Of a stretch of DNA of 52,254 bases, positions 39,984 to 52,254 are shown in pieces. The stretch is taken from assembly GCA_964636105.1 (NCBI GenBank), contig CAZWRD010000005.1, forward strand, positions 1-52,254, given 5' to 3'. Origin of the DNA: an uncultured Bacteroides sp. (lineage in GTDB: Bacteria > Bacteroidota > Bacteroidia > Bacteroidales > JACABE01). Both the position numbers and the translations under genes were made by a program. Within the stretch, counting starts at the first letter, position 1. Every line of letters begins with the position of its first letter. The notes below the pieces were generated by a model that had not been told where the DNA came from, did no database searches, and saw only the letters and a program-made list of their open reading frames with translations.

Positions 39984-42615
39984 ATATAATCTGCTGTTTC
40001 AGTACTTTATAATCCGTTTTGCCGGTTCCGAGCAAAGGAATTTCCTCCACCTCAATCAGTTTGTTTAACTTCACCAGATTAGGGAAACCGCTTTCTTTCA
40101 AATAGGCATTGGCTTCTGCAATATCAATTTTTGATTTTGCAAATAAAACAATCTGCGGTGGGTCTATGGCATCGCTACCTTCTACTGCAAGCAAAACTTC
40201 TTCATCGCTACCGTATTTTTTCAATAAAACACCTTCAATAGCTGGCAGGCTAATCATTTCTCCGGCAATTTTGATAAATCTTTTCAACCGTCCGGTAATA
40301 AACAGGAAGCCATCTTCATCTATACGACCTAAATCACCGGTTTTGTAATAATCATTTCCGTTGATATTTACAAAAGGATTAGCAATATTTTTATCTGTAT
40401 AACCACCAAAGATGCTATTGCCTCTCACCATTATCATCCCATCTTCGCCTTGCGGTAGAGGGTTAAAATCATTGAAATCAGCAATTAAGAAATCAACACC
40501 TTTGATAAACTTTCCTACACTTTTTTCTTTTTGTATTTCCATCGGATTAATACTTAGTACCGGCGAACATTCGGTAATTCCATATCCTTCTAATATCCGG
40601 GCATTTTTATCTGCTTTATCATAAAAAGATTTTATGATAGCCGGATGCAGACTTTCGGCACCGGTAATTGCAAGTATTACTTCTTTTAAATCTTCCTGAG
40701 TTGATACTGACAACAGCATCTTTAAGAAAGTTGGTGTGGCAAGCAGTGTATTTGCACCTGTATGTTTTAATATTTTTAAAACTTCGCGGCTATCGGTAGG
40801 GTCGGGGGTATAAGCTACTTTTAAACCCGATATTAGCGGAAGTATGGTAAGTACGGTAAACCCAAAACTATGGAATGGAGGAAGAAATGAAAGTAATATG
40901 TTTTCGTTGCTGATTTTAATGATTTCGAAAACACCCCAAAGATTAGTTACAATGTTTTGATGTGTTAGCGGAACAGCTTTTGGCAATGACTCGCTGCCCG
41001 ATGTAAATAGGATAACAGCTGTATCGTCGGGCTCAATTCGGGGTTTTGCTTTAAAAATAAAGCTGAATAAGCCCGATAGTTTTGTTGTCAAACTAATTTC
41101 TTTTACTTTTTGCTCGAAGAAGATACATTTTTGTTTTACATTATCTGAAAGCAAATCCTGAACTTTGTCGTGAAATGTTTTGGCGGTAAGTATTACTTTT
41201 AAATCGGCATCAGCCACACAATGATCCAGAACTTTTTTGCCAACTGTCCAGTTAAGCATTACCGGAACTTTGCCCGCCAAATAAGTGGAAATAACCAATA
41301 AAGTGGTACTCTGCAATGCCGGAAGCATAATTCCAACATATTTGCCATCTACTTCTTTTCTGATAATTTTTGAAACTACATAGGCTTTCAGCATAAAATC
41401 TTTGCGTGAAACACTTCCCATAATTTTATCATAAGCAAAGTGCTCTTTCTGATCCTGGCTAAAAACACTCAGAAAAGATTCAACGATATTTTTTGTTTTG
41501 TCAACTTCAACTGTTTTATGGGCTGCAATTTTGTTTTTCAGAAATGCTGGTTTTAAAATATCTTTGCTTATTTGCTGGTTCATAGCTATCCGACAGATAT
41601 CGGCAACCAATGTAACAAATTCAATTTCAATCTGCGATACTACTTCGAAGCTTTGTTCTACATCGCTAATAATTGAAACCAACATCAATGAATCAACACT
41701 TAATTCTAATATCAGATTGGAATTTATTTTAATTTCTGATTTTTGATTTCCTGTGTTTTTGGCAATAATTTCTGCAACTTTTTGGAATATTTCATCAGGG
41801 ATATCATCAGTCTTGACTTCGGAATGTGTTTTCATATCTGCAACAGAGCCTTCTATTCTGACCGGCAAATCTCGTTTTAGCTCCTGTGCATAAAAGTAAT
41901 GTTTCAAAAAGAGTAGTTTTTCTTCGCCATTGATATTATATATTTCTTCAAGAAAAAGATTGAAAGCATTTTTGCTTTCTTTCGATTTTGTTTTTGCTTC
42001 TTCTGTGATATCAATAAATTCGATTTTTACATTTCTTCGTGGCAAAAAGAAAATTAAATTAGCCAAAACCATAAAGATGGCTTTTAGATAGGTTTTGATA
42101 AAATCGGGTGATTTACCAATCCATGCTCTCGACCACATACTTCCCCACAATCCGCTGATTCTGACTCCGATTACCTGGGTGTTTTCGGGGATATTATCAA
42201 CTATTGCCCATGCACTTTGTTTGTTGAAAATCTTTTCGTAACCTTGTCCGGCTATTTGTCCTGATGGATAAAGCACCACGCTTTTGCCATTTTTTAATGC
42301 GTCAACAACATTGATGTAAATGTTTTTCAATGCATCAGCATCGCGGTTATTGCTGGTGATATCGCTTACGATAACCGTTCCGAAAGCATCAAATAGTTGT
42401 TTTAGCACCGGTTTGTTGTAGTATATTTCAGAAGCAACAGGTACAGCTTTTATATGCTTTAGTATCTGCGGGAAAAGTATTTGCGGATCTACCAAAGCCT
42501 GATGGTTGGGTAATATAAATTTCGGATTTGGGTTTTTGAGAATTTCAATTCCTTTAACCTCCACATTATATCGTAAAGAAAGAAGAAAACGGTAGATAGC
42601 GAGTATTATTTTCAT
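39982..42615 (-). CDS. Aas-like acyltransferase / acyl carrier domain / AMP-dependent acyl ligase
   Basis: PlsC-type NHQALVD and YPSG; ACP-like LILELSVDSLMLV; ANL motifs FTSGSESLPK, GYGITE, TGDLG, GTGK. Confidence 0.88.
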   Translation of the reverse strand: MKIILAIYRFLLSLRYNVEVKGIEILKNPNPKFILPNHQALVDPQILFPQILKHIKAVPVASEIYYNKPVLKQLFDAFGTVIVSDITSNNRDADALKNIYINVVDALKNGKSVVLYPSGQIAGQGYEKIFNKQSAWAIVDNIPENTQVIGVRISGLWGSMWSRAWIGKSPDFIKTYLKAIFMVLANLIFFLPRRNVKIEFIDITEEAKTKSKESKNAFNLFLEEIYNINGEEKLLFLKHYFYAQELKRDLPVRIEGSVADMKTHSEVKTDDIPDEIFQKVAEIIAKNTGNQKSEIKINSNLILELSVDSLMLVSIISDVEQSFEVVSQIEIEFVTLVADICRIAMNQQISKDILKPAFLKNKIAAHKTVEVDKTKNIVESFLSVFSQDQKEHFAYDKIMGSVSRKDFMLKAYVVSKIIRKEVDGKYVGIMLPALQSTTLLVISTYLAGKVPVMLNWTVGKKVLDHCVADADLKVILTAKTFHDKVQDLLSDNVKQKCIFFEQKVKEISLTTKLSGLFSFIFKAKPRIEPDDTAVILFTSGSESLPKAVPLTHQNIVTNLWGVFEIIKISNENILLSFLPPFHSFGFTVLTILPLISGLKVAYTPDPTDSREVLKILKHTGANTLLATPTFLKMLLSVSTQEDLKEVILAITGAESLHPAIIKSFYDKADKNARILEGYGITECSPVLSINPMEIQKEKSVGKFIKGVDFLIADFNDFNPLPQGEDGMIMVRGNSIFGGYTDKNIANPFVNINGNDYYKTGDLGRIDEDGFLFITGRLKRFIKIAGEMISLPAIEGVLLKKYGSDEEVLLAVEGSDAIDPPQIVLFAKSKIDIAEANAYLKESGFPNLVKLNKLIEVEEIPLLGTGKTDYKVLKQQII

Positions 42616-42666
42616 TTTTTTGTTGAATGTGTTTTAAGTTTTAAACGCCATATATGACGTTGCTAA

Positions 42667-43896
42667 TTATTTGGATATCTTTATCAATGTTTTAAACCTG
42701 CTAAACATTTGGGGTACATATTTTATCATCATCAAACTCATTACCGATATTAAAATTACCAGAAATATAAATACTGAATTTGTACCGAAATTATCGGTGA
42801 TTACTGCAAATAGTGCGGCCGAAATAAAGATTAATAAAAATATCATGAAGTTTGAATAGGCTATCATATCGCCCTGCTTGCGTCCTTCTACGCTGTTTTG
42901 CACCGATGCACTTAGTGGAACCATATAAATTCCGCAAAACAAAGCGGTTAGAAATATCATGAAACCAAATAAAATGCCTGTGGGTTGCAGAAAAAACAGA
43001 ATTAAGAGTGAAATAGTCATGCCTAATCCTCCTATGGGAGTTAAACCCAGTTCTATTTTTCCTTTTGAGATAATACCGGCTAAAAAGCTGCCCAATCCGA
43101 TGCCTAATGCCGATGCCGTTAGTACATAGCCTGTTTGGGTGTTGGTCATTCCCAGTGTTTTCGGACAATGAACCAATAATAACATCTGCAAAAAGCTGCC
43201 TACCATCCAGAATGATGATAAGCCCAATATAATAAGGTTTAATCCTTTAATTTGTGAAGCAAATTTAAAGGCTTTGTATTCAAATACAAAGGGTATAATG
43301 GTATCGTCGCTCTTTTTCATGGGTTGGCTTTCCGATACTTTTAAACGTGATATGGCAAACAGACTTATTAATGAAATAACGACAAATAATCCGGTCATCA
43401 GATAAAAATTGTAGTGGTCGGAAACGATGGTTGCCAACAATGGGCCTAAAATGGCTCCGAAAAAGGTGAACATTTCGAGGGTTCCGGTACCAAACGACAA
43501 TCCTTCGTTACCACCAATGTCGCGTATTAAACCATATTTTGAAGGCGAAAACAAAGTACTTACCAAACCTAACAAAAAGATGCCTGCCATAACTATATAT
43601 ACGTTTTCGATATAAAAGCCTATGCTTCCGGCAATAACCAATATAAGTTCGGCAATGCGGGCTGCTATCATTATTTTCTTTTTATACATGGTTTTGGATA
43701 AGCGCCCTGCCAAAGGAGAAAAAAATATGTATGACAAAACATATAATCCCGAAGCCATAGATACAATCATAGACTCGTTGCCTTTGGCTACCCAGTTGAT
43801 AGCCAGCAGACATATTAATGTTTTGAAAAAATTATTGTTGAAAACACCCAGAAAATTGCTGGCAAATAAGGGTATCCATTTTGTTTTTGACTGCAT
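42667..43896 (-). CDS. LplT-like MFS lysophospholipid transporter
   Basis: FLGVFNNNFFK, FSPLAGRL, STLFSPSKYGLI, IELGLTPIG, YMVPL; about 12 TM segments; upstream of the Aas-like gene; -7 box TATATTTG at 43977-43984. Confidence 0.85.
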   Translation of the reverse strand: MQSKTKWIPLFASNFLGVFNNNFFKTLICLLAINWVAKGNESMIVSMASGLYVLSYIFFSPLAGRLSKTMYKKKIMIAARIAELILVIAGSIGFYIENVYIVMAGIFLLGLVSTLFSPSKYGLIRDIGGNEGLSFGTGTLEMFTFFGAILGPLLATIVSDHYNFYLMTGLFVVISLISLFAISRLKVSESQPMKKSDDTIIPFVFEYKAFKFASQIKGLNLIILGLSSFWMVGSFLQMLLLVHCPKTLGMTNTQTGYVLTASALGIGLGSFLAGIISKGKIELGLTPIGGLGMTISLLILFFLQPTGILFGFMIFLTALFCGIYMVPLSASVQNSVEGRKQGDMIAYSNFMIFLLIFISAALFAVITDNFGTNSVFIFLVILISVMSLMMIKYVPQMFSRFKTLIKISK

Positions 43897-44158
43897 GCTT
43901 GTATTGTTGGTTATTTTTTGCTGTTTTTATACAATAGAAATAATAAATGAAAACGATTTTTAAGTATTATTGTTTGCAAATATATGATTTTATATTTATT
44001 GTTAGCAATTGTTGTGATTCTTAGAATAAGAATAATTCAGAAAACATTACAATAATTAAGCTATTAATGATTAAAGGACCATTACCATATATAATATCTT
44101 TTTAAAATATATATCATATTAACAATTAGTAAAGAGGATTCTGAAATTTTTGAAATAA

Positions 44159-44186
44159 AAAAAGCAGTACCGAAGTACTGCTTTCA
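44159..44186 (-). terminator. Terminator of rpoBC-DUF3467
   Basis: Minus strand AAAGCAGTAC-TTCG-GTACTGCTTT plus further T residues (UUCG tetraloop). Confidence 0.85.
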
Positions 44187-44193
44187 TTTTTTA

Positions 44194-44502
44194 TTATGCT
44201 TGAGCTGTAGGTCCCCCTAAACTAAAAGGTAATGAATCTATCTGATCGGGTTCTTTTATTTTCCCATTAATCGATTCAAATTTCGAAATATTCTCTTGCA
44301 AAGCTCTCAACAATCGTTTTGCATGTTGTGGAGTAAGAATAATTCTCGATTTCACATTAGCTTTTGGCACGCCTGGCATCATTTTGATAAAATCAACAAT
44401 GAATTCAGACTGTGAGTGAGTGATAACTGCCAAATTAGAATAAATTCCTTCGGCAACTTCGGCACTTAGCTCAATATTTATTTGATTTTCCTGTTCGTTC
44501 AT
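44194..44502 (-). CDS. DUF3467-family protein
   Basis: INIEL..EVAEGIYSNL..I.HS.SEF..DF...PG......SRII.TPQHAK; lies after rpoC as is usual in Bacteroidota. Confidence 0.9.
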   Translation of the reverse strand: MNEQENQINIELSAEVAEGIYSNLAVITHSQSEFIVDFIKMMPGVPKANVKSRIILTPQHAKRLLRALQENISKFESINGKIKEPDQIDSLPFSLGGPTAQA

Positions 44503-44511
44503 ATCATATTA

Positions 44512-47500
44512 TTATTTACGTGATGTTAATTCTTCCATTGCATCTTTATTGGCAACAATAAGGCTTTCATATTCGCGCAAACCAGTACCAGCAGGAATCA
44601 AATGTCCAACCAAAACATTTTCTTTCAAGCCTAACAAGCTATCAACTTTTGCACTGATAGTAGCTTCGGTAAGAACTTTGGTAGTTTCCTGGAATGATGC
44701 AGCAGATAAGAAACTCTTGGTTTGAAGAGATGCTTTAGTAATACCCTGCAATACCTGACGAGCAGTAGCTGGCTGTGCATCTCTTGATTCGATAAGAGCT
44801 CTGTCTTTACGTTTTAAAGTAGAATTTTCATCTCTCAATTTACGAGCACTAACTATCTGACCGGCTTTGTAAATTTCAGAATCACCAGAATTAACAACAA
44901 CTCGTTTACCAAAAACTTCGTCATTTTCTTCCTGGAAATCAATTTTATTCACTACTTCGCCTTCCAAAAACTTAGTATCGCCCGGATCGTCAACTTCAAC
45001 CTTACGCATCATTTGACGTACAATAACCTCGTAATGTTTATCATTGATTTTTACCCCTTGTAAACGGTAAACTTCCTGAATTTCATTAACGATATATTCC
45101 TGAACTTTCATAGGTCCTTTAATAGCAAGGATGTCAGAAGGAGTCATAGCACCTTCAGAAAGAGGAGTACCCGCTTTTACGTAGTCATTTTCCTGAGCCA
45201 AAATCTGTTTAGATGTAGGAATCAGATAAGTTTTTTCTTCACCTGTTTTAGAAGTAATGATAACCTCTCTGTTACCACGTTTTAGTTTCTTACTGAAAGA
45301 AACAACACCGTCAATTTCAGAAACTACAGCAGGATCAGAAGGATTTCTTGCTTCGAATAACTCAGTTACACGAGGCAAACCTCCAGTGATATCGCCTGAT
45401 TTTCCGAAAGATCTAGGAATTTTAGCAATTGTTTCACCGGCTACAATTTTCTTACCTTCATCACAACTGATGTGTGCTCCAACTGGAATATCATAAATTT
45501 TCATTACTTCACCAGAAGTTGAAACAACACTAATAGATGGGTTTTTAGATTTTTGACGTGTTTCAATAACAACTTTATCCTGATAACCAGTTTGATCATC
45601 TGATTCTATACGATAAGTAACTCCTTCGATAATATTATCGAAGCTTACTTTACCACTAACTTCTGATAAAATAACTGCATTATATGGATCCCAATCAGCA
45701 ATTGTATCACCTTTTTTAACCTCACTACCATTCTTAATATATAAGTTTGAGCCGTAAGGTATAAAGCTTGAAGTAAGCACAATACGTGTTTTCTTATCAA
45801 TAATTCTCATTTCAGCAGAACGACCGATAACAACTTCGTATGCTTTTCCATCATTAGGTTTAAATTCAACACAACGTAATTCATCAATTTCGAGAATACC
45901 TTCGTATTTAGCCTCAATTCTGGATGAAATAGCAATATTAGAAGCAGTACCCCCAACGTGGAAGGTTCTTAAAGTTAACTGAGTACCAGGCTCACCGATT
46001 GACTGTGCAGCAATTACACCCACAGCTTCACCTTTCTGAACCATTCTTCCAGTAGCAAGGTTACGTCCGTAACATTTAGCACAAACACCTTTTTTAGATT
46101 CGCATGTTAATACCGAACGAATTTCAACTTCTTCAATTGGAGATTCTTCAATAATCAGACTAATCTTTTCGGTTAACTCTTCACCAGAACGAATAATTAA
46201 TTCGCCAGTTTGAGGATGATATATATCGTGTAAAGAAACTCTACCTAAAATTCTGTCATATAAAGATTCAACAGTTTCTTCATTTTTCTTTAAAGCAGTG
46301 GTAGTTAAACCTCTTAAAGTTCCGCAATCTTCATCAGCAATAATTACATCTTGAGAAACATCAACCAAACGACGTGTTAGATAACCAGCATCAGCAGTTT
46401 TCAAAGCTGTATCGGCCAAACCTTTACGAGCACCGTGAGTAGAAATAAAATACTCAAGAACCGATAAACCTTCTTTAAAGTTAGAAAGAATTGGGTTTTC
46501 GATAATTTCACCACCTGTAGCACCTGATTTTTGTGGTTTAGCCATCAAACCTCTCATCCCTGACAACTGACGAATCTGTTCTTTAGATCCACGAGCACCT
46601 GAATCAAGCATCATATAAACAGGGTTGAAACCTTGTTTATCTTTTGCTAATTGTTTCATTAGTGTTTGTGTTAGATGCGAATTGGTATGCGTCCAAATAT
46701 CAATAATCTGATTGTATCTTTCATTATTGGTAATGAAACCCATACTATAGTTATTCATAACTTCATCAACTTCTGCATTGGCATTTGCAATTAATTCTTC
46801 TTTAATAGAAGGAATAATAACATCACCAAGATTGAATGATAAACCACCTTTAAACGCCATTGTAAATCCTAAATCCTTAATATCATCAAGGAATTTGGCA
46901 GTTTTAGCAGTTCCAGTTTTTTTCAAAACACCACTGATAATATCGCGTAAAGATTTTTTTGTCAATAATTCATTGATATAGCCATATTCTTTAGGAACCA
47001 CCTGATTGAACAATACACGACCAACTGTAGTTTCCAAAAGTTCTTTAGTAACAACACCATCAACTTCTTTTTCAACTGGAACTTTAATCCAAGCATGCAA
47101 ATCAACGCGTTTTTCGTTATAAGCAATTATAATTTCTTCAGCTGAATAAAAGATTTTTCCCTGACCTTTTACAGGATGTTCCGGATCATCTAGTCTGCCT
47201 TTGGTTATATAATACAACCCAAGAACCATGTCCTGTGAAGGAACGGTAATAGGAGCACCATTAGCAGGATTTAGAATGTTGTGAGAAGCAAGCATTAAAA
47301 GTTGGGCTTCCAAAATAGCAGCATTTCCAAGAGGAACGTGAACAGCCATTTGGTCACCGTCAAAGTCGGCATTAAACGCAGTACAAACCAAAGGATGTAA
47401 ACGAATAGCTTTACCTTCAACCAAACGTGGCTGAAAAGCCTGAATACCCAAACGGTGCAATGTTGGAGCACGGTTAAGCATTACAGGATGACCTTTTAAT

Positions 47501-48786
47501 ATACTTTCCAAAATATCCCAAACAACAGGATCTTTTCTGTCGACAATTTTCTTGGCAGATTTTACAGTTTTAACGATTCCTCTTTCGAGCATTTTGCGGA
47601 TAATGAAAGGCTTAAATAATTCAGAAGCCATATCTTTAGGAATACCGCATTCGTTTAATTTCAATTCAGGACCCACAACGATAACCGAACGACCAGAGTA
47701 GTCAACACGTTTACCTAAAAGGTTCTGACGGAAACGACCTTGTTTACCTTTTAAACTATCACTTAATGATTTAAGCGCACGATTTGATTCTGTTTTCACA
47801 GAACTAGCTTTTCTAGAGTTATCAAATAATGAATCAACAGCTTCCTGCAACATACGTTTTTCGTTACGCATAATAACATCAGGAGCTTTAATTTCGATTA
47901 ATCTTTTCAAACGATTATTTCTGATAATTACCCTACGATAAAGATCATTTAAATCGGAAGTTGCAAATCGACCACCATCAAGAGGAACCAATGGACGCAA
48001 TTCTGGTGGAATTACTGGAACAACTTTAACAATCATCCATTCAGGACGATTCTCTATTCTGGTTTGAGCATCACGGAAAGCTTCAAAAACTTTCAAACGT
48101 TTTAATAAGTCTGCTTTTCTTTGCTGCGATGTTTCATTACTAGCTCTATGTCTTAAATCAAACGACATTTGATCTAAATCCAAACGTGATAACAAATCAT
48201 ACAGTGCATCAGCACCCATTTTTGCTATAAATTTGTTAGGATCATTATCATCCAACATTTGATTATCTGAAGGAAGGCTATCTAATATTTCAAAATATTC
48301 ATCTTCAGATAAGAAGTCAAGATAATTTACACCATCATTTTTTTTGATACCAGGACTAATTACTACATATTTTTCATAGTAAATAATCATATCCAGTTTT
48401 TTAGTTTGTAAACCTAATAGAGAACCAATCTTGTTAGGTAATGATCTGAAAAACCAGATATGAGCAACAGGAACAACTAATTGAATATGTCCCATACGTT
48501 CTCTACGTACTTTTTTCTCGGTTACTTCAACACCACAACGGTCGCAAACGATACCTTTGTACCTGATTCTTTTATATTTACCGCAATGACATTCCCAATC
48601 TTTTACAGGACCAAAAATTCTTTCACAGAATAAACCATCTCTTTCAGGCTTATAGGTTCTGTAATTAATTGTTTCTGGTTTTAAAACTTCGCCTCTTGAA
48701 CGCTCTAATATAGATTCAGGCGAAGCCAAACTAACAGTTATATTTGAAAATTCGTTTTTTACGGTATTGTCTTTTCTGAAAGCCAT
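44512..48786 (-). CDS. rpoC: DNA-directed RNA polymerase subunit beta'
   Basis: NADFDGD catalytic motif, [25 protein letters not shown]. Confidence 0.99.
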   Translation of the reverse strand: MAFRKDNTVKNEFSNITVSLASPESILERSRGEVLKPETINYRTYKPERDGLFCERIFGPVKDWECHCGKYKRIRYKGIVCDRCGVEVTEKKVRRERMGHIQLVVPVAHIWFFRSLPNKIGSLLGLQTKKLDMIIYYEKYVVISPGIKKNDGVNYLDFLSEDEYFEILDSLPSDNQMLDDNDPNKFIAKMGADALYDLLSRLDLDQMSFDLRHRASNETSQQRKADLLKRLKVFEAFRDAQTRIENRPEWMIVKVVPVIPPELRPLVPLDGGRFATSDLNDLYRRVIIRNNRLKRLIEIKAPDVIMRNEKRMLQEAVDSLFDNSRKASSVKTESNRALKSLSDSLKGKQGRFRQNLLGKRVDYSGRSVIVVGPELKLNECGIPKDMASELFKPFIIRKMLERGIVKTVKSAKKIVDRKDPVVWDILESILKGHPVMLNRAPTLHRLGIQAFQPRLVEGKAIRLHPLVCTAFNADFDGDQMAVHVPLGNAAILEAQLLMLASHNILNPANGAPITVPSQDMVLGLYYITKGRLDDPEHPVKGQGKIFYSAEEIIIAYNEKRVDLHAWIKVPVEKEVDGVVTKELLETTVGRVLFNQVVPKEYGYINELLTKKSLRDIISGVLKKTGTAKTAKFLDDIKDLGFTMAFKGGLSFNLGDVIIPSIKEELIANANAEVDEVMNNYSMGFITNNERYNQIIDIWTHTNSHLTQTLMKQLAKDKQGFNPVYMMLDSGARGSKEQIRQLSGMRGLMAKPQKSGATGGEIIENPILSNFKEGLSVLEYFISTHGARKGLADTALKTADAGYLTRRLVDVSQDVIIADEDCGTLRGLTTTALKKNEETVESLYDRILGRVSLHDIYHPQTGELIIRSGEELTEKISLIIEESPIEEVEIRSVLTCESKKGVCAKCYGRNLATGRMVQKGEAVGVIAAQSIGEPGTQLTLRTFHVGGTASNIAISSRIEAKYEGILEIDELRCVEFKPNDGKAYEVVIGRSAEMRIIDKKTRIVLTSSFIPYGSNLYIKNGSEVKKGDTIADWDPYNAVILSEVSGKVSFDNIIEGVTYRIESDDQTGYQDKVVIETRQKSKNPSISVVSTSGEVMKIYDIPVGAHISCDEGKKIVAGETIAKIPRSFGKSGDITGGLPRVTELFEARNPSDPAVVSEIDGVVSFSKKLKRGNREVIITSKTGEEKTYLIPTSKQILAQENDYVKAGTPLSEGAMTPSDILAIKGPMKVQEYIVNEIQEVYRLQGVKINDKHYEVIVRQMMRKVEVDDPGDTKFLEGEVVNKIDFQEENDEVFGKRVVVNSGDSEIYKAGQIVSARKLRDENSTLKRKDRALIESRDAQPATARQVLQGITKASLQTKSFLSAASFQETTKVLTEATISAKVDSLLGLKENVLVGHLIPAGTGLREYESLIVANKDAMEELTSRK

Positions 48787-48840
48787 TTTTTTTAATGTTA
48801 AAAAAATTAATTAATAATTGAATAAGAATGAGATTTAAAA

Positions 48841-51800
48841 CTAATCAAAAGAGATGTTTAAACCTAAGCCTCTTAATTCATGAACTAAAACATTAAAAGA
48901 TTCAGGAATTCCCGGTTTTGGCATGTTTTCGCCTTTAACAATGCATTCGTAAGCTTTAGCTCTACCAATAACATCATCAGATTTTACCGTTAAAATTTCC
49001 TGTAATATATTTGCGGCACCAAATGCTTCAATTGCCCAAACTTCCATTTCCCCAAAACGTTGTCCCCCGAATTGAGCTTTTCCACCCAAAGGTTGCTGAG
49101 TAATAAGAGAATATGGCCCGATTGAACGTGCGTGCATTTTATCATCAATCATATGGTGAAGTTTCAACATATAGATATATCCAACAGTTGCAGTCTGATC
49201 AAATCTTTCACCAGTTCCGCCATCATACAAGTAAACCTTACCATTTTCGGGTAAACCAGCCTGACGCATATATTCGTTGATTTCATCAATAGTTGCACCA
49301 TCAAAAATTGGTGTTGCGAATTGTATTCCAAGTTTTGCTCCTGCCCATCCCAAAACAGTTTCGTAAATCTGTCCAAGGTTCATACGTGAAGGTACACCAA
49401 GTGGATTTAAAACAATATCAACAGGTGTTCCATCTTCCAAAAATGGCATATCTTCTTCACGAACAATTTTTGCAACAATACCTTTATTACCATGACGACC
49501 AGCCATTTTATCACCAACTTTTAACTTACGTTTTTTGGCAATATAAACTTTAGCCATTTGAATAATACCTGCTGGCAAATCATCACCAACAGTAGCAATA
49601 AACTTATCACGTGAATATCTACCTGTATATTCTCTGTACTTAATACTATAATTATTCAATAACTCTTTAATTAAGTTATTGGTATCTTTATCAGAAGTCC
49701 ATTTATTTGGATTGATATTTTGATAATCTATAGCAATAAGCATTTTTTGAGTAAATTTTATTTTCTTTGGTACAATTTCTTCTTTAAAGATATTGTATAC
49801 ACCCTGAGAAATTTTTCCACTCAATAAAATGAGAAGTTTATCAACCAATTTATTTTTAAGGTCATTAGTGTTTTTAAGATAATCTTTTTCAAGAACCTTA
49901 ATCACATCTTTTTCCTTACCTTTGGTTTTGCGTTCTTTAACTACCTTTGAGAATAGTTTTTTATCAACAACAACACCTTTCATTGAAGGTGGTGCTTTAA
50001 GTGAAGCATCTTTCACATCACCAGCTTTATCTCCAAAGATTGCTCTCAACAGTTTTTCTTCAGGTGTAGGATCAGATTCTCCTTTTGGTGTAATTTTACC
50101 AATAAGGATATCGCCTTCGTTTACTTCTGCACCTATACGAATAATACCATTTTCATCTAAATCTTTGGTAGCATCCGAACTTACATTAGGAATATCATTG
50201 GTTAATTCTTCAAGTCCGCGTTTTGTTTCACGTACTTCAAGTGTAAATTCTTCGATATGAACAGATGTGAAAATATCTTCTTTAACTACTTTTTCAGAAA
50301 TAACAATTGCATCTTCGAAATTGTAACCTTTCCATGGCATGAAAGCAACCATCAGATTTCTACCCAAAGCCAATTCACCATTTTTGGTTGCATAACCTTC
50401 GCATAAAACCTGTCCTTTTTTAATTTTTTCACCTTTGCGAACAATCGGTCTTAAATTAATAGAGGTATTTTGGTTTGTTCGTTGGTATTTTATTAATTTA
50501 TATCGTTTTAACTCATCATCAAAACTAACTAAACGTTCTTTTTCATCGCGAGCATATCTGATAACAATTTCGTCTGCATCAACATATTCAACAACACCAT
50601 CAACTTCTGCGTTAATCAATACTCTTGAATCGCGAGCAACAGAACCTTCAATACCTGTTCCCACTAAAGGAATTTCAGGATTTAATAAAGGAACTGCCTG
50701 ACGCATCATGTTTGAACCCATCAATGCACGGTTTGCATCATCATGTTCCAAGAAAGGAATTAAAGAGGCTGCGATAGAAGCAATTTGATTAGGAGCAATA
50801 TCAATTAAATCAACCTTTTCCTTTTCAACAATTGGGAAATCGGCTAAATATCTTGCTTTAATTTTTTCTGGAATAAAAGTCCCATCTTCTTTATAGTCAG
50901 TATTAGCCTGAGCTATTATACTGCTTTCTTCTTCTTCTGCACTTAAATAAATATAATCTTGTTCTACAGCAACTTTACCATCTACAACACGACGGTAAGG
51001 AGTTTCAATAAAACCTAATTTATTAATTTTAGCATATACGCAAAGTGAAGAAATAAGTCCGATATTTGGACCTTCTGGAGTTTCTATAGTACATAGTCTT
51101 CCGTAATGCGTAAAGTGTACGTCACGTACCTCAAAACCTGCTCTTTCTCTTGATAAACCACCAGGTCCTAAAGCTGAAATTCTTCTTTTATGAGTAATTT
51201 CTGCTAATGGATTGGTTTGATCCATAAACTGAGATAGTTGGTTGGTCCCAAAAAATGAGTTAATTACTGAAGATAATGTTTTAGCATTAATCAAATCGGT
51301 TGGCGTAAATACTTCATTATCACGAACATTCATTCTTTCGCGAATGGTTCTAGCCATACGAGCCAAACCAACACCAAACTGTGCGTAAAGTTGTTCACCA
51401 ACAGTACGAACCCTACGATTACTTAAGTGGTCAATATCATCAACTTCAGTTTTTGAATTAATCAATTCAATCAAATATTTGATAATATCAATTATATCTT
51501 CTTTTGTAAGAACTTTAGTATCCATTGATACATTCAGATTCAATTTTTTATTGATTCTGTAACGACCAACATCACCTAAATCATAACGTTTATCTGAAAA
51601 GAATAATTTCTCAATAATACCTCTTGCTGTTTCCTCATCAGGTGGTTCAGCATTACGAAGTTGACGATAAATATATTCAACCGCTTCTTTTGCATTATTT
51701 GCAGTATCTTTTTGTAAAGTATTGAAGATAATTGCAAAATCATTGGTATTAATATCTTCTCTGTGAAGAAGAATTGTTTTAATACCAGCATCAACAATCA

Positions 51801-52254
51801 TATCTATATGTTTGTCTTCCAAAACAGTTTCTCTATCGATAATGACCTCAGTTCTCTCAATAGATACAACTTCACCAGTGTCTTCATCAACAAAATCTTC
51901 AATCCATGCTCTAACTACACGAGCAGCTAATTTGCTGCCAATTAGTTTTTTAAGTCCTACTTTTGTAACCTTTACTTCCTGAGCAAGGTTAAAAATTTCG
52001 AGAATATCTTTATCAGTTTCAAAGCCTATAGCTCTTAGCAATGTAGTGATAGGAAGTTTTTTCTTTCTATCAATATATGCATACATGACATTATTAATGT
52101 CGGTTGTAAATTCCATCCACGAACCTTTAAAAGGTATAATGCGGGCAGAATATAACTGAGTACCGTTGGCATGAACACTGGTACCGAAAAATACACCAGG
52201 AGAACGATGTAATTGAGAAACAACAACTCTTTCTGCACCATTAATAACGAAGGT
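48841..52254 (-). CDS. rpoB: DNA-directed RNA polymerase subunit beta (5' end outside the window)
   Basis: Frame open to the window edge ([20 protein letters not shown]); [21 protein letters not shown]. Confidence 0.99.
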   Translation of the reverse strand, partial: TFVINGAERVVVSQLHRSPGVFFGTSVHANGTQLYSARIIPFKGSWMEFTTDINNVMYAYIDRKKKLPITTLLRAIGFETDKDILEIFNLAQEVKVTKVGLKKLIGSKLAARVVRAWIEDFVDEDTGEVVSIERTEVIIDRETVLEDKHIDMIVDAGIKTILLHREDINTNDFAIIFNTLQKDTANNAKEAVEYIYRQLRNAEPPDEETARGIIEKLFFSDKRYDLGDVGRYRINKKLNLNVSMDTKVLTKEDIIDIIKYLIELINSKTEVDDIDHLSNRRVRTVGEQLYAQFGVGLARMARTIRERMNVRDNEVFTPTDLINAKTLSSVINSFFGTNQLSQFMDQTNPLAEITHKRRISALGPGGLSRERAGFEVRDVHFTHYGRLCTIETPEGPNIGLISSLCVYAKINKLGFIETPYRRVVDGKVAVEQDYIYLSAEEEESSIIAQANTDYKEDGTFIPEKIKARYLADFPIVEKEKVDLIDIAPNQIASIAASLIPFLEHDDANRALMGSNMMRQAVPLLNPEIPLVGTGIEGSVARDSRVLINAEVDGVVEYVDADEIVIRYARDEKERLVSFDDELKRYKLIKYQRTNQNTSINLRPIVRKGEKIKKGQVLCEGYATKNGELALGRNLMVAFMPWKGYNFEDAIVISEKVVKEDIFTSVHIEEFTLEVRETKRGLEELTNDIPNVSSDATKDLDENGIIRIGAEVNEGDILIGKITPKGESDPTPEEKLLRAIFGDKAGDVKDASLKAPPSMKGVVVDKKLFSKVVKERKTKGKEKDVIKVLEKDYLKNTNDLKNKLVDKLLILLSGKISQGVYNIFKEEIVPKKIKFTQKMLIAIDYQNINPNKWTSDKDTNNLIKELLNNYSIKYREYTGRYSRDKFIATVGDDLPAGIIQMAKVYIAKKRKLKVGDKMAGRHGNKGIVAKIVREEDMPFLEDGTPVDIVLNPLGVPSRMNLGQIYETVLGWAGAKLGIQFATPIFDGATIDEINEYMRQAGLPENGKVYLYDGGTGERFDQTATVGYIYMLKLHHMIDDKMHARSIGPYSLITQQPLGGKAQFGGQRFGEMEVWAIEAFGAANILQEILTVKSDDVIGRAKAYECIVKGENMPKPGIPESFNVLVHELRGLGLNISFD

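Noticed and set aside
529-52241. Numerous 60-150 aa ORFs in the track overlapping larger genes (e.g. 10733-11188, 29534-29869, 49922-50260)
   Set aside because: They are antisense or off-frame shadows of well-supported genes and show no recognisable motifs.
1-52254. CRISPR arrays, rRNA/tRNA genes, transposases, prophage or defence genes
   Set aside because: No regularly spaced repeats, cloverleaf-like GC-rich segments or corresponding protein motifs were seen; nearly all sequence is accounted for by housekeeping CDSs.
44512-52254. Inteins, splits or unusual insertions in RNA polymerase subunits
   Set aside because: RpoC is 1424 aa, typical for Bacteroidota, the frames are continuous and no intein motifs were seen.

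Overview
A 52 kb, AT-rich stretch of core chromosome from an anaerobic Bacteroidota organism, probably Bacteroidales-like. The assignment rests on TAnnTTTG -7 promoter boxes, SD-less A-rich start regions, the rpoB-rpoC-DUF3467 arrangement, and an S46 peptidase and DUF4837-like lipoprotein. Left to right it holds a partial TolC with TetR, an Ig-repeat/VWA/OmpA lipoprotein, a methyltransferase, gpsA, DPP7, an ABC permease, xseAB, a 7TM-HD phosphodiesterase, a small TonB-C-like gene with a LytS/LytTR pair, SPOR and Usp proteins, ruvB, queG, a tandem two-domain adenylate kinase, a C69 dipeptidase and a histidine kinase-hemW pair. Then come an 11-subunit complex I (nuoABCDHIJKLMN, no nuoEFG) divergent from a DHODH-like flavoprotein, an lplT plus acyltransferase-ACP-ligase pair, and DUF3467-rpoC-rpoB (partial). 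I saw no CRISPR array, rRNA, tRNA, transposase or prophage gene. The best leads are (1) the headless complex I facing a non-canonical DHODH-like flavoprotein across an FNR-like palindrome, (2) an Adk fused to a catalytically degenerate second Adk domain, (3) the LytTR module whose upstream gene has a 3'UTR that reads as an anti-start-codon sequence, (4) an Aas-like enzyme with a built-in ACP, and (5) a histidine kinase with a visibly duplicated sensor domain. All assignments come from motif recognition by eye and no searches were run, so novelty is unverified.
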